A model generated the notes under the pieces. It did no database searches and had not been told where the DNA came from. It saw nothing but the letters and a program-made list of their open reading frames with translations. A program made the position numbers and the translations under genes. From Tubiluchus corallicola (taxonomy: Eukaryota > Animalia > Priapulida): DNA of 64,000 nucleotides. Every line of letters starts with the position of its first letter. Positions within the stretch are counted from its first letter, which is position 1. Location of the stretch: assembly GCA_030141605.1 (NCBI GenBank), contig JAQGDQ010000684.1, positions 49,147-113,146 on the forward strand. Reading direction: 5' to 3'. Positions 1 to 12,718 of this stretch are shown piece after piece.

Positions 1-770
1 TTTGCTTCGTCGTGACTTTCAGTCAGTTTTTTTTACTCTCTTCCTCATAACTTGGCTACAGTTTTAACTGCAAATTTTCATTGATGTACATTCTAACCTT
101 TCTTAGCTTATTAACATTTGACCCACGTGCAGCCTGCACTGATATATTATGATCTCCATTTTATTGACACATTTTGCTTGACTTTCAAAGTGGTGTTCCG
201 TAGTTCCTCTTCTATTAACTATCCTCATAACTTAACAAACATTAAGTTCATTCTTCTGCAAGTCTTTAAAATTTGCTTCAAAGTTAACCATATATAACCT
301 TTCTTTTATCAGATTGGCATTTTTCAACGTAATTTTTGAAAACTATTATAGTTCTTGAAAACCATTATACAACTGTTTTAAAAATCTTAACTTTATCATG
401 CTTTCTGCTTTATCTTAATTTCCTATAAATGGATTGATTTCATTCTTGATGTACTTCCACCTGTGGGCATTTTAACGTTTGGGGCCTTTAGTCTTTTTTT
501 CATGATTGACAATTTTTTCACAAGTTACCAAAAAGTTTCTTAATGTTTTTAAGCGAGTTAAGTGGCATTTGTATTTTTGACTTAGTATGTGGTTGTTTTT
601 TAATTATTTAAGTCATTCTGAATATAAAAGTATGCTTCAAATTTTTGAATAAAATGCAGACATGAGGTAAAGTAAAACACTGTAGTTTTTTGTTTTTGTG
701 TACGGGTAGTGTGGACTTTCGTGTTTTGGATTTAAGTCAGATAGTGTTCCCAAACTCCAAGGGTTTTAAC

Positions 771-1346
771 CAGGGATGTTACCGAAACAAAATTTTCGTT
801 TTGGTTTGCCAGTAAATGCACTTTCGGTTTTGGCGAAATCTGTTAAATTTTGTAGCCAATAGTTCGGATAATTTTCGGTATCATTTTCCCGCAGTTTTAC
901 TAGTATTTATCCAGTTTTCCTTTTCTCCTAGTTGTCAAAAACCACTGAAAAATCTCAGCTAAATTAGTTCAAATAAAGTGAAGATTTCGTTTACATAACA
1001 AAAGCGGCGTATCTTCAGTGGTGACCACTGTGAAGTTTTGGGATCTCCAGGCCTAATCAACCGAAATATCAAAGCACGTTTTAATTTACTTGTGCAAAAT
1101 CATGTTTAATTTCATAATTTATGAAACATAGACAACAAAATATCTACAAAACAAAATTTGTTTATTTTTAATGAAGCATTTTGATCTTCAAACATTAAAC
1201 AATAAGGATACTTAGATCCAAAAACATTATAACACATTTTCTAAGCCACTCAATCTCACTAGAGGTTCTATACTATAGAACTTCTTTGTCCTTTTTGTAT
1301 TAGAACTTTTTATCGTAACACATCAACAGTTTCGGTAACATTCCTG
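771..1346. mobile_element. Non-autonomous DNA transposon (hAT-like MITE)
   Basis: Terminal inverted repeats CAGGGATGTTACCGAAAC (771) / GTTTCGGTAACATTCCTG (ends 1346); no clean 8-bp TSD, but flanked by a longer direct duplication. Confidence 0.7.
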
Positions 1347-1622
1347 GTTTTTTGTATTTGTGCATGTTAGTGTAAGACTTTTGCGAGGAATGGGATTTAA
1401 GTCAGATAGTGTTCCCAAACTCCAAAGCTTTTAACCCCCCACGACTTTTTGTTCTTTCATGTCACATGGACCTTTTGGATGTAAGGCTGTGCCAGAATAT
1501 AAATAATTGCGGAAATAGTTATCATTTATCAAGAAACTAAAATGGAAAAACCAATAATTGTCACACACTTATTTTCAGGGTCACCAGTTTTAAGAGACGC
1601 CTGCAGTCGGTCATAAGTGAAA

Positions 1623-2969
1623 ATGGAGGTGAAACAACTCGTTTTGCTTGTATTTTTGCTCAACGTCACTTGTCTACTGGCGGAGCAGATAAATTGGAAC
1701 GAGTGCGGAAAGTCTAGAGGATGCTTTTTCAGCCCCAAGGAATGCAATTCCGAAACTTCCTGCAAATACCTCCTCACGTACCAGGAGATGGAGTCTCACA
1801 TTAGCTTCGAGATGAGTGGCAGCGTCGATTTTCCACTACAAAGCTCTTATGTATCCATCGCTTTCTCTGACGACAAGCGAATGGGTGAAGACAGTGTTAT
1901 TGAATGTGTACATGACATTAGTACTGGGGATGTGAATCTTTTTCCTTCGTACAATACTCTGGGCAAAAATAACAATCGTATTAATATTCAACTGGAAGCT
2001 GCAGGATTGGTGTTGCAGAATGCGTCCTATAATGACGGAGTGATCCGTTGTCGTTTCACTCGTGAAAAATTAGTTGATCATGATCTTATCTACGATCTCA
2101 ATAAGCAGTGGTTTTTGTTGATGGCTAACGGCCCTGCCACGTCTTCAAATATAGATCAGCATTTGCTTGATCCACTACCGGTACGATCGGATGATCGTGT
2201 TAGTGTTTTGGGTCTTGGAGTTGGCGGAGGTGCGACTAGCTCGAGCGCATTGGCAATTGCACACGGCTGCCTAATGTTAATCGCCTGGGTATTCTTTGTA
2301 TCGCTTGGAAAAATCACGGCGCGGTATTACAAGGAAACTTGGGAGGAAAAAGTTCTTGACTTGGCCGTCTGGTTTCAGATCCACCGCACGTGTATGGTCA
2401 CTGCTTGGATATGTTTTGTTATTGCTACCATTCTAATAATCTACCAGGTTTCTGGCTGGGTGAGCAACCCCGGAGACTCCTTCTCTCACTCCATTGTTGG
2501 CATCATTGCCGTCTGTTTGGGTATCTTACAGCCCTTCATTGCCCTCTGCCGCTGTCATCCCGGTTCTGCAAATCGGCCTTGGTTCAATTGGATACACTGG
2601 GCCATCGGTACCGTGGCTCATATTCTTGCCGTCTCGGCCATCTTTCTGGCTTTCGCATTCATGCACGCGAAGAATGCTTTGCCGTTCTACATGTTCTGCA
2701 TCATGGGCTCGTACGTCATCTGGCACGTGTTCTGTGAAATTGTCCTGGAGATTCACGCGTGTTGCATCTACAAGAAACGCAAGAGAGCCGAAGAAGTCAC
2801 TCTCCGTCCCGTCAACCAGGGAGCATTTACGGTAGCCGTGGAGAGACCGAGACCGCCAAAAGGTTCCGGTTTCCAGAAGTTTATGCTGGCACTTTATGTG
2901 ATCGTCCTTCTCATCCTTACCATCGCCCTGGTTGTTCTGCTTATTGTAAAGTGGGGGAAAACTTACTAA
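1623..2969 (+). CDS. DOMON + cytochrome b561 ferric-chelate reductase (FRRS1/SDR2-like, no reeler domain), single coding exon, 448 aa
   Basis: Signal peptide; CGKSRGCF..C..C motif; DOMON with SDDKRMG and CRFTR; b561 transmembrane helices with four His (AHG, QIHR, SHS, WIHW). Likely 5'UTR acceptor TTTTCAG ending at 1578; first ATG at 1623. Confidence 0.9.
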   Translation: MEVKQLVLLVFLLNVTCLLAEQINWNECGKSRGCFFSPKECNSETSCKYLLTYQEMESHISFEMSGSVDFPLQSSYVSIAFSDDKRMGEDSVIECVHDISTGDVNLFPSYNTLGKNNNRINIQLEAAGLVLQNASYNDGVIRCRFTREKLVDHDLIYDLNKQWFLLMANGPATSSNIDQHLLDPLPVRSDDRVSVLGLGVGGGATSSSALAIAHGCLMLIAWVFFVSLGKITARYYKETWEEKVLDLAVWFQIHRTCMVTAWICFVIATILIIYQVSGWVSNPGDSFSHSIVGIIAVCLGILQPFIALCRCHPGSANRPWFNWIHWAIGTVAHILAVSAIFLAFAFMHAKNALPFYMFCIMGSYVIWHVFCEIVLEIHACCIYKKRKRAEEVTLRPVNQGAFTVAVERPRPPKGSGFQKFMLALYVIVLLILTIALVVLLIVKWGKTY

Positions 2970-3926
2970 GCTACAAGTAAGCAAGCATTGGTTGTTTAAT
3001 TTTTATGACTAAATTATGCGTTAAATAATGCTACTTTGTTTTATAGTCATTGCACCCACACACATGTACATTCTACCCATGCATGTGTGTACAGGGGCAT
3101 GATTTAGTTTAGTATACTAAAAGGAAAATTTATTTGACCCTTTTTATTAAGTTCTGTTCTATTAAATGAATCTCGCTGTGGTCATCATAGCCAGTATAAA
3201 GTTCTAAGTTCTTAAACGTGTGACAACGAACATGCCAGGCGATGTGTTCACGAGACTAATAAGGTCAGAATTAGTAAGTAACTTTATAGCTACACTTGCT
3301 TACTGTTGCGTTTTTTTGCTAAGTAATTTATTGTGTGCTAGAAAGAATCAACCGTCCACTTTGTAAAAGATCTGCCTTATTGTATTTTCGAATTGAATCA
3401 TCTATGTATTTTCTTAACTAGATTTTTAAATATCTGCTTCTCACAGTTAAGGCACATAATATTAATAAATAATTCTTAATCTGGCTTCCTGTAATGTGTT
3501 TAAGAGGCTGAAAAGGTTCAAACGTAAGCTTTATTAATGTGTGTATACTTCATTTTACGTTGTGTTAGTGGGTGTGGGAATGTATGATTCAATATTTGTG
3601 TGACTATTCCTTCTTTCACTAAAATCAGGGAGAGAGAGGGCAGAGAGAGAAAAAGAACGAGAGAGTGTGTGAGGGAGAGAGAGAGACATGAACCAGTGTT
3701 TTGTCAGATTCTAATACAAGTTTTTGGCAAGAAGTTGGACCTTACCTATCTTGACCTTGCCTTAAATTTGTGTACAATGCAGCTCTGAGTTTATTGTTGT
3801 CTTGCAGAAGTAATACCTTCCTGTAAACGTAACAAAAATTACAGAATCTCATATAGTTACCACTTATTACTGTTTTAGTTATACAAAATTGATGGTTTCA
3901 TATTTTATTGGGGCAAGTGCTGTCTA

Positions 3927-4316
3927 CAGGGCCTATTTCAGCCTAAGCGAGGCCCGGAGAAGTGGGGCGTGTGAGGCCCCCTCGGGGGGGGGGGGTGGTG
4001 TAAGCGCCGGGGGGCGGGCGCCACCATGGTTGACGCCCAGAAAATTTTTGAACTGCTAGAATGCAGGAGAAGCATTTTCGAAGAGAAAATATGGAGTTAT
4101 ACAGTTGTTAAAGGAAAGAATAATTGAAAGAAAAACTGCTTTATTCTCAAGACCAGTCCTTAATACTTGTCAATACTGGCAAATGGCGCGCGTGCGGCAA
4201 GAGAGGGAGAGAAGAGGCAGTATGTTCGCATAAAGCAAAAGAATGCTACCTTGGCGCGAGCCCCCCCCCCCGGAGGGTGAGGCCCCGGGGAAGTATCCCC
4301 CCTGAAATAGGCCCTG
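3927..4316. mobile_element. hAT-type MITE
   Basis: 15-bp TIR CAGGGCCTATTTCAG / CTGAAATAGGCCCTG; perfect 8-bp TSD GCTGTCTA (3919-3926, 4317-4324). Confidence 0.9.
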
Positions 4317-7300
4317 GCTGTCTATGTCGAAAATGATTAGATTAGAATGCTCTAAACGTTGCTACGTAGTTAGTACAATATTTCGACAAACTTGGTCGCC
4401 AGTTCGTTATTTATAATTGACATTTTCTTGTCAGTATGGGTGGATTGGGCGTGACTGGCATAGTCTGTGTAGGTCTAGTTATCCATTTTGACAACCTCAA
4501 CGCAAATAAAACGAATCAACGCAAAAGTAATTATTTTATTCACGTTTATTTCCTGTGGGCATTGAATGGTCTAGCCATTAGGCTGACCTCTAGACCTAAA
4601 CATTCAATTTATTATTCTTATCGATGATAAATGTGGAATGTCGGTTCGTGCTGTACGTACAGTGTCACAAGGTCAAGTTAAGAATCCTACAGTAACCAGT
4701 CTTAACTGCTGTAGTGAGTTTATTATGGCAAGCGCTCATCACTCACTGACTAAACAAGTTTGGGCGTAAATAAAACGGCCAATTTTCGACCTTGTAATGT
4801 TTATATACGCTATTCTCTTTCCTAAAATCCTCGTGTCTTTTGGCGCAGGCTTATTTGCACTGCTAAATAGTGTAGTTCTCCAAACGTAACTATCCAGTCA
4901 CGGGTTTACTTAACATGTAAAACTATAAAGTCGGTTTTTCGTTTAGTGGAGTGACACGTAGGCATAATTTCCATGGTATTTACTAAGCAGCTTTCAGTGA
5001 AAAATGATTGAATATGTATGTATGTGTTTAGAAACCTTGTATTAAACGCAGCTATTGTATATTTACGTGAATTTTCGAAACCTCGTGCATAATAGATCGC
5101 TTTTGTATTTATTGTTTATAACATATGTACGGTTTTCTAACTTATGAATCTTTTAGCGCATTGGACTTTAATATTAAACTAACCGAGTGCGTATATTTTT
5201 GGACGTTTGTAAATTTTTGTGACTAATACCATGCTGTTTTATTTGTATGTTTCTGTACATAATTCATATTTTAACTTTAATAATTGTTTCTCGTTTACGC
5301 ATTTATATATTGTTTAGCGTATAATGAATCATGATAGTTTTCTATTCTATTATGTATCATTGTTTATAAATTGTGCATTTAATAGGGTGTCTTATACCAC
5401 TGAGTTTTTTCCACTTTTCCTTCCACTCTATTGATGGTGTTTAAAATGCAATACAAAAATAGAATGGCATGTTTTTAGCTATAACGGCTGCTGTCAGTTA
5501 CTTTTGTAGCTTACAGTTTTGTCTAAGATGACTAAAACTTGTAAGAATCCATGACACTTCTTACATCTCTTCTTGTCATACAGTGAAGCTGAGTTGTATA
5601 CAGTGTATAAGCTTCCTAGCTTTGTTTGATAGTATCAGTTACTTATCAAAAAATAATCTATACATTTTTTACTAATCATTTATACTCGTTTTTGTACTAT
5701 CCACTGGTTAGTTAGTTAGTTACAGATACAATGTAATCTTTTGGTAGGGAATTCGAGCTAACTTTTGTGTTCTATAAATTTATTTTGTATTGATAAATCA
5801 AGTTATTTGATAATTTTACAAAGTTTATTTTAGGAAAAGATTATATTACACGTTTTTTATTTGTACAGCACACACAAAATCGGGTAGTTGCATTGGTGCC
5901 GTAATTTCTTTTGTACGTAAGCCAAGATAAAGTAGAGATTAGTACCTGTTGTGTATCTATATACTATATCAAATGCAATACCTTTCTACACAATTTATGT
6001 AAAGTTTCATTCTGAGAGTGAAATTGGCATGAATAAAGTTAGAAACAGTTAAAGTAGTAATGAAAATAAAGCAAGTTTGAATTTGTGTCATTTGAGTTGA
6101 AAATTTATGTTGTTCTTGTTGTTTCTACCGGAAGGGTTATGGCTACTACAGGAAGTCAGCTGTTCGATGTTTTGCAAGCCCTAAATCGGGATTCTGTCGA
6201 TATTCTATCTCGCTCCAATGCGCCCGCGTCTAGACGCCTCCTTGCTTATATAAACACCCCCTCCTTGTGTAAAAGAAATACCTCTCCGCTGATGCACCTC
6301 GAGGGATTTACTGTACAGAAGGGAAGGAAAAAAATCAGCAGAAGCTTTAGTCACGATGAATCAACGCATTGAGAATTACCCACTGCTGTTCAAGTATGAC
6401 CGCGCGGTGGTTTATACGGCAAGGGCGTGACTAGGCTAAAGAAAATAGCGCCCAGAAATCGTGCGCGCGGAGTATATAAATAGTCTGCAGCTTACTGCCA
6501 CGGAGAAACATTAATATCCGGTTACATTGTAAAGTGTCCCGCAGGATTTTTGAACCCGGTTTGTACCCTGAGTAATTAACCCGTCAGCCATTCGATAAAA
6601 TATCCACATTGTTTCAGTTCAACGTCCATAACAGCTTGTAGTAAAAATTGCGTTAGAAACTGCTTACAGAAACTTCCGCAATCATTAATAGAAACTGGCA
6701 ACATTGTTACTTTGTATTTAAAGGCCTATTAGCTACAAATGGATGTAGTTTTAAGAGTAAAGTTGATTTTAAAATGAACTGTACACCCCGGGGCGAGGAA
6801 ACGGGGCGTTCACCTATAATTAATATGACGAAATGGTATGTGATTTTCTGCAATTACCGACAGTCACTCACTCGTAATACGATTTTTCATTATCTTTTTT
6901 TGGAAACATACAAAACTTGAATGTTCGAGTCACTGTAAACATTTGCTGTTATTTTAATTATGAATGGTCGTACATGCTGTTGTCCAGCAACCAAGTGTCC
7001 AAGTAGCCATGCAGAATATTTACAGAAGTGGCCAGCCGTCAGTGAAACGAATAATTTTTAACAATACAGTACTGAACAGTTTCATTCCACACAAAAATTC
7101 ACGAAGATTATTTTTAACTGTTAATTTATGAAGGAATATGGTAATTAAAACAATTAGCAGTTATTTTTTAAACGGAAAGAAAAGTCATATATATATATAT
7201 GTATTGTATCTTTATAATCGGTGTGTGTATTGTGTGGTTTGTAATTGTGATTACCCAATAAAATATCTCTAACATACCTGCTAATATAATATTTGTTACT

Positions 7301-7502
7301 ATGCATCTGCCTTAGTTATTACTGGCAGTTTGTTCATTAACTGTTCGCTTACGCCGCAGTATAGTAATTAGTTCAAAATGCGCATAGCTATTACTGTTGA
7401 CAACGTTCTCATTGTATTTGCCGAGCAGGTAATGACAGTACATGTTAAATAGTCATGCCCAGGTTGCCTGAATACACAGAGTTGACAGCAGCAAACGTGT
7501 CT

Positions 7503-8163
7503 TTACAACACTGTCAACATTCACACTTTTAAGAATGCTTCTAACAACACCGTCAACATTCACACACTTAATAATGCTTCTGACAACACCGTCAACATTC
7601 ATACACTTAATAATGCTTCTGACAACACCGTCAACATTCACACACTTAATAATGCTTCTGACAACACCGTCAACATTCACACACTTAATAATGCTTCTAA
7701 CAACACTGTCAACATTCACACACTTAATAATGCTTCTAACAACACCGTCAACATTCACACACTTAATAATGCTTCTGACAACACTGTCAACATTCACACT
7801 CTTAATAATGCTTCTAACAACACTGTCAACATTCACACACTTAATAATGCTTCTAACAACACCGTCAACATTCACACACTTAAGAATGCTTCTAACAACA
7901 CTGTCAACATTCACACACTTAATAATGCTTCTAACAACACCGTCAACATTCACACACTTAATAATGCTTCTAACAACACCGTCAACATTCACACACTTAA
8001 TAATGCTTCCGACAACACCGTCAACATTCACACACTTAATAATGCTTCTGACAACACCGTCAACATTCACACACTTAATAATGCTTCTAACAACACCGTC
8101 AACATTCACACACTTAATAATGCTTCCGACAACACCGTCAACATTCACACACTTAATAATGCT
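7503..8163. repeat. 39-bp minisatellite, ~17 copies
   Basis: Unit ACAACACCGTCAACATTCACACACTTAATAATGCTTCTR. Confidence 0.95.
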
Positions 8164-8747
8164 TTGGTTACTGCATTACCAGTACCGGAAAAATATGAAC
8201 CGATTCAAATGAAATTTTGTCTAAACTGATAAATTTAATCATAACTATATTATACAAATCAAAGTAGATAAACAATATCTTAATTACAATAACTCATTAA
8301 TAATAAAAATGAATTCATATAACAGAATTCTAGTATAAAGCATCAGTCTGTACTTGCATTAAAGCAAAATGTATTACAATGTGTGCATTGGTCAACCTGT
8401 ATTGTAATGTAAATGCATGGAGCTTTTATAAATCCATTTTATCGATTAAGTAGCTAAAGTCACATATGGCAAAGAGTATTATTGAATCAATAACATATTT
8501 AGTAACTTAAGCTTTGAAGTGAATGGCAAATAGCAAATGTACGGGACTCGTTCATAAAATACAAGTCCTTGGGAACTACCCTGCTATGAAGTAAAAAGTG
8601 AGGAATTACACGTTACTAATGCACGGGGTACCTTAACGAGTCAATCTTGAACTTCTGCACAACCAGTTTACGTAATTTTTAAAAGCCCTTAGAGGATAGA
8701 AATTTTAATTAGAGATAATGAAACTTGAAAGTGATACCAACTAATAA

Positions 8748-8940
8748 AAAAATCATGTCGAGAGTAATTCGCCGAGGCATTCACACTAGACAGAAAATCA
8801 TGTCGAGAGTAACTCACCGAGGCGTTCACACTAGACAGAAAATCGTGTCGAGAGTAACTCGCCGAGGCGTTCACACTAGACAGAAAATCGTGTCGAGAGT
8901 AACTCGCCGAGGCGTTCACACTAGACAGAAAATCGACTCG
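8748..8940. repeat. 45-bp tandem repeat, ~4 copies
   Basis: Unit GAAAATCGTGTCGAGAGTAACTCGCCGAGGCGTTCACACTAGACA. Confidence 0.9.
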
Positions 8941-9718
8941 CAGCGACTGTTGGAGAGTTTGCAATAGTTTACCGACAGTAACTCGCAAAGTAGTTCACAC
9001 TTGCGAGTTTGATGCCAGAGAGAAAATGTGTTAGTCTGAACATGCCTTAAGCTTAGAAGCATGTGTTCTTAAGTCAGTCAGCACACTCCATTGTAATAAG
9101 CAATGATATGGTGTGAAAAAAATAATTTAACTGCAATATGAGCCTAGTCAATCTAGAACATTAACAAATAATCCAATGGCAACAGACTATGTGTGCTCCA
9201 GTCAACAGAAAATACATTATAATGAATTCACAAGGAACAATCTAACACTAAGCCTTTTCATAGTTCCAGTGATTAATCATGATCGTGAAAAGGTCAAAGA
9301 TTGAGTGTACAAAGCAACACATCTGTGACTCTTGACAACGCCTCGCAGCCCTAGCTGTTGTAATAGTAACAGTTTTAACAGCTGGCTGGAACGTTACCTA
9401 GGTCATTGTTTCTTGTTCCCAAGCAAGATCCTGCTAGTCAACACACAGAATAATGCACAATTAAGTAAAGTTCACGTAAAATAAGGAAGCTACTGAACGG
9501 ATGGAACAGAGAGCTTTGCTTTACACACGTAACGTGATGGTTGTTGTAAAGACTCGTTGCTGTGGTACACTTAACCTTTGACCTGCAGCAAATGCACATG
9601 CGCACAGCAAATCTTTGAAAAGACTTATTGCTAAGCCAAGTACATTGTCGTGTGAAATAATTACTTATGTACATAGTTTATATTAATACGTAAGACTTAT
9701 GTTTGAAATGAATGGCTT

Positions 9719-9892
9719 CTAACCCGGATCGTCCTTGACTATTTTCTCGTGTACAGTTTTCCGCGGTGTGTGCACAGCGGGTTCTAATTTAACTTCAGTT
9801 CTAGTCAAGGTCACCTTCTCGGCACTTGTAACCAGATTTGCTGGCAATTGTGCTGCAGACGCAGTCGTTATGCCCTGCTCCGAAATTTGTTT
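9719..9892 (-). CDS. NFRKB: NFRKB terminal coding exon (KQISEQG...DDPG*)
   Basis: TTTATTTCAG acceptor, phase 0, TAG stop. Confidence 0.7.
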   Translation of the reverse strand, partial: KQISEQGITTASAAQLPANLVTSAEKVTLTRTEVKLEPAVHTPRKTVHEKIVKDDPG

Positions 9893-12535
9893 CTGAAATA
9901 AAAAGAGCAGAGCGAATTTAACTTTGTCCAAACACTTTTCCTAACAGCGAAATCTATTGCAATTTCAGAAAGTTGTTTTTTAAAGCTGGCAATCTCTGCG
10001 GGACAAAATTTTGGATCAGCGTCTGATGCAATTTATATATATATACGTCTAGAATCTAGAAGAGCTACCTGTATTGTAAAAGACGAAATAACCACTAGTA
10101 GTTGAATGATCTTTATTGCACCTTAGGATTTAGGAAATCGCAAATAGTGCTAGACTAAAACTACTGCCGCATATTTTGCTTAATGGGAGCGAGCATGGAA
10201 CATTCGACTAGAATGAGTTTTTCTTATTTCGATTTCGATTCAAACAAAAATGATGGCTTCTAATAATGTGGCACTTCAACTACATTTGTTCTTTATCATT
10301 AAAACGGTTGAAACATCGTCGTGCAATTAGCGTAATTTAGCTTCAATTTCCGTGCCCAGTTTTTACTGCAGAACAAAATCAAACAATATGCACGATCTTT
10401 GAAAGACTGCTTTTCATTTACGATTTGAAAATCTTAAAAGCTGAGTTTGAGTTTGACTCGGATCCAAATTCACCTTTTGGTAGAGAATGCTCACCCGGAG
10501 AACGCCGAGCCTTGCTGTTTGTTTCCAGAACAAATTTTAGTTGGGAAGATTTTTTTTATACAAGTTCATACACCGCATACCTGAAAACAAGGCCTACTCA
10601 AACAGATGTTTGTGGCGTGACGGAACCTAGCTCATTAGCAAAGATACCCCGTCTAAAGCGAGTTACTGAACCAGCAGATGTGTCTCAGGCACATTTCGGA
10701 AGTACATACATCCTCTGTCCAGCATTCAATTTTTATGCATAATACCACTCAAAGTTAGTAGTGAACCCACACCACTCAGCATGATGTGTGGAAAGTTTAC
10801 CATTAGACTACAAAACACGCTACACTCTCAACCAGTCAACCCTTTCAACTCTCACAAAATACATCGCAGACTTTCATTACCATCTTACATTACAGACATT
10901 CGTCGTTTATAAATATGTGTTTTCAAACCAAAACCGTCCACAAGTCGACACAGTTAAGACAATGTTATGATGCCTCAAAGTAGAATGCATCAAAAGTTTG
11001 GTCACATGTAAATTTTTTGTTTTTTATAAAAACAAACACTAAATATATTGGACTTAACAAAAAACGTTAAAAAATACTAAAAATCTAATTTCATAATCCT
11101 GTACCAACTTTTCTGACTAGAAACTATTACTGCAATTATAAATTTTCAAACTCCAATAGTAGCTCGTGGAAGGAGTCATTTTGCTCTGGTTTTTTTTCTG
11201 TTGCCAAGCCCAGATCTCCGACTGGAAGAGCCATCTACTGGATATAAATGTAACTTCAACATGTTCTTGCAAAGTCCATAGCAACCAATATTTGTTGGGT
11301 TGCTAAGTGTTTCGTAGAAAAGAGATAAAAAACAATGGCTCACTTTAACAGTGATTTCTCAAAAATTTTCAGTGCATAGCCTGCACTTCAACTTCATTGA
11401 GGATTATCTCAGCTTAGAATCAGGATGTGTGAATAACTAGAAAAGCTTAACCGCCGACTTATGGACAATTTTGCTACGTAGGCACACAAATACAAAAATT
11501 CGATCATGTCATTAAGTGAAATCTTTTCTCGATATTGTGCACATCATCTTACCTGTTCAATTTGTTCACTTTTTATTTGCGCTGCTGCTGTTTTCGTAAA
11601 AGCCATTGGCACAACTGTTGGCGGAATACCTTCAGCCAGAGTAGTTTGTCCAGCGTTTAATTTCTAAACAAATACCAAATGATCTACTGAAATAAATTCT
11701 ACATGGTGCAATTCTAGCTGTACCGTTCACATCAACGTTACAGTACGGAATTAGTTTCATTTTCAATTAGATACAACAAGATGCAAAAGGAGTATTATTA
11801 ATTGCATAAATCCAATTTAGCATTTAAAGGAATTTTTCGATATTTTCTTGCAGCACTAATTGTGTTTGGGATTTCAGCCTGTGCGCTACGTATATACATT
11901 TTGTTTAAGGTTCACTGGACTAAAAGCATTTTTATTTTGATACCGTTTGTTTGGCCTGCATTACGTAATCGTTTTTAGTCAATAAATTATCAATTCATCA
12001 ATAAGATTTGCTACACGTCACTACATCGTAATAATTTCTATTTTTTTAACTAGATTTGGAACATACGCATTTAACAACTGACTTTACATTTACATTACAT
12101 AGACCCGATAAACTGGATCGCCATTTTCCAAGAATATCCGGTAAAACAAAGTAATTTACATAAACTATAGAAGATGAAAAATGAGGATTCAAAAACGAAG
12201 AAAGTTCTATGAAACAAGTTACACTACACTATCTTTAAAAATTTAAGTTTAAGTATATAATAAGACAAAAGCCGCAACTAGCTCTCTAGCTAAACAACTA
12301 AGCTAAGTACCTGAACAACTTGAGAAGTAACAGAGGTAGGATTGATAATCCTGGCATAGACTGGTTGTCCTTTCACTGCAGCTAAACAAAATGGAGAAGA
12401 CGACCGTGAAACAGTACACTATTAAAACATTTATCAAGTTTTCTTTAAATAAAAAAAAAGTCAGCAGCCGATATGAAAATTGTACGTTTGTGTTTCCGAT
12501 GTACGTATATTTTCAGTTCCTCTGTTTAGTTACTT

Positions 12536-12616
<81 letters not shown>

Positions 12617-12685
12617 AATAATAATAATAACAATAATAACAACAACAACAATAATAATAATAACAACAACAACAACAACAATAAT

Positions 12686-12718
<33 letters not shown>

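Noticed and set aside
2390-2984. Overlapping alternative-frame and antisense ORFs in the reductase CDS
   Set aside because: Shadow ORFs of a GC-richer coding region
7453-8212. 225-231 aa repetitive ORFs on both strands
   Set aside because: Result of a stop-free 39-bp unit; no splice or domain support
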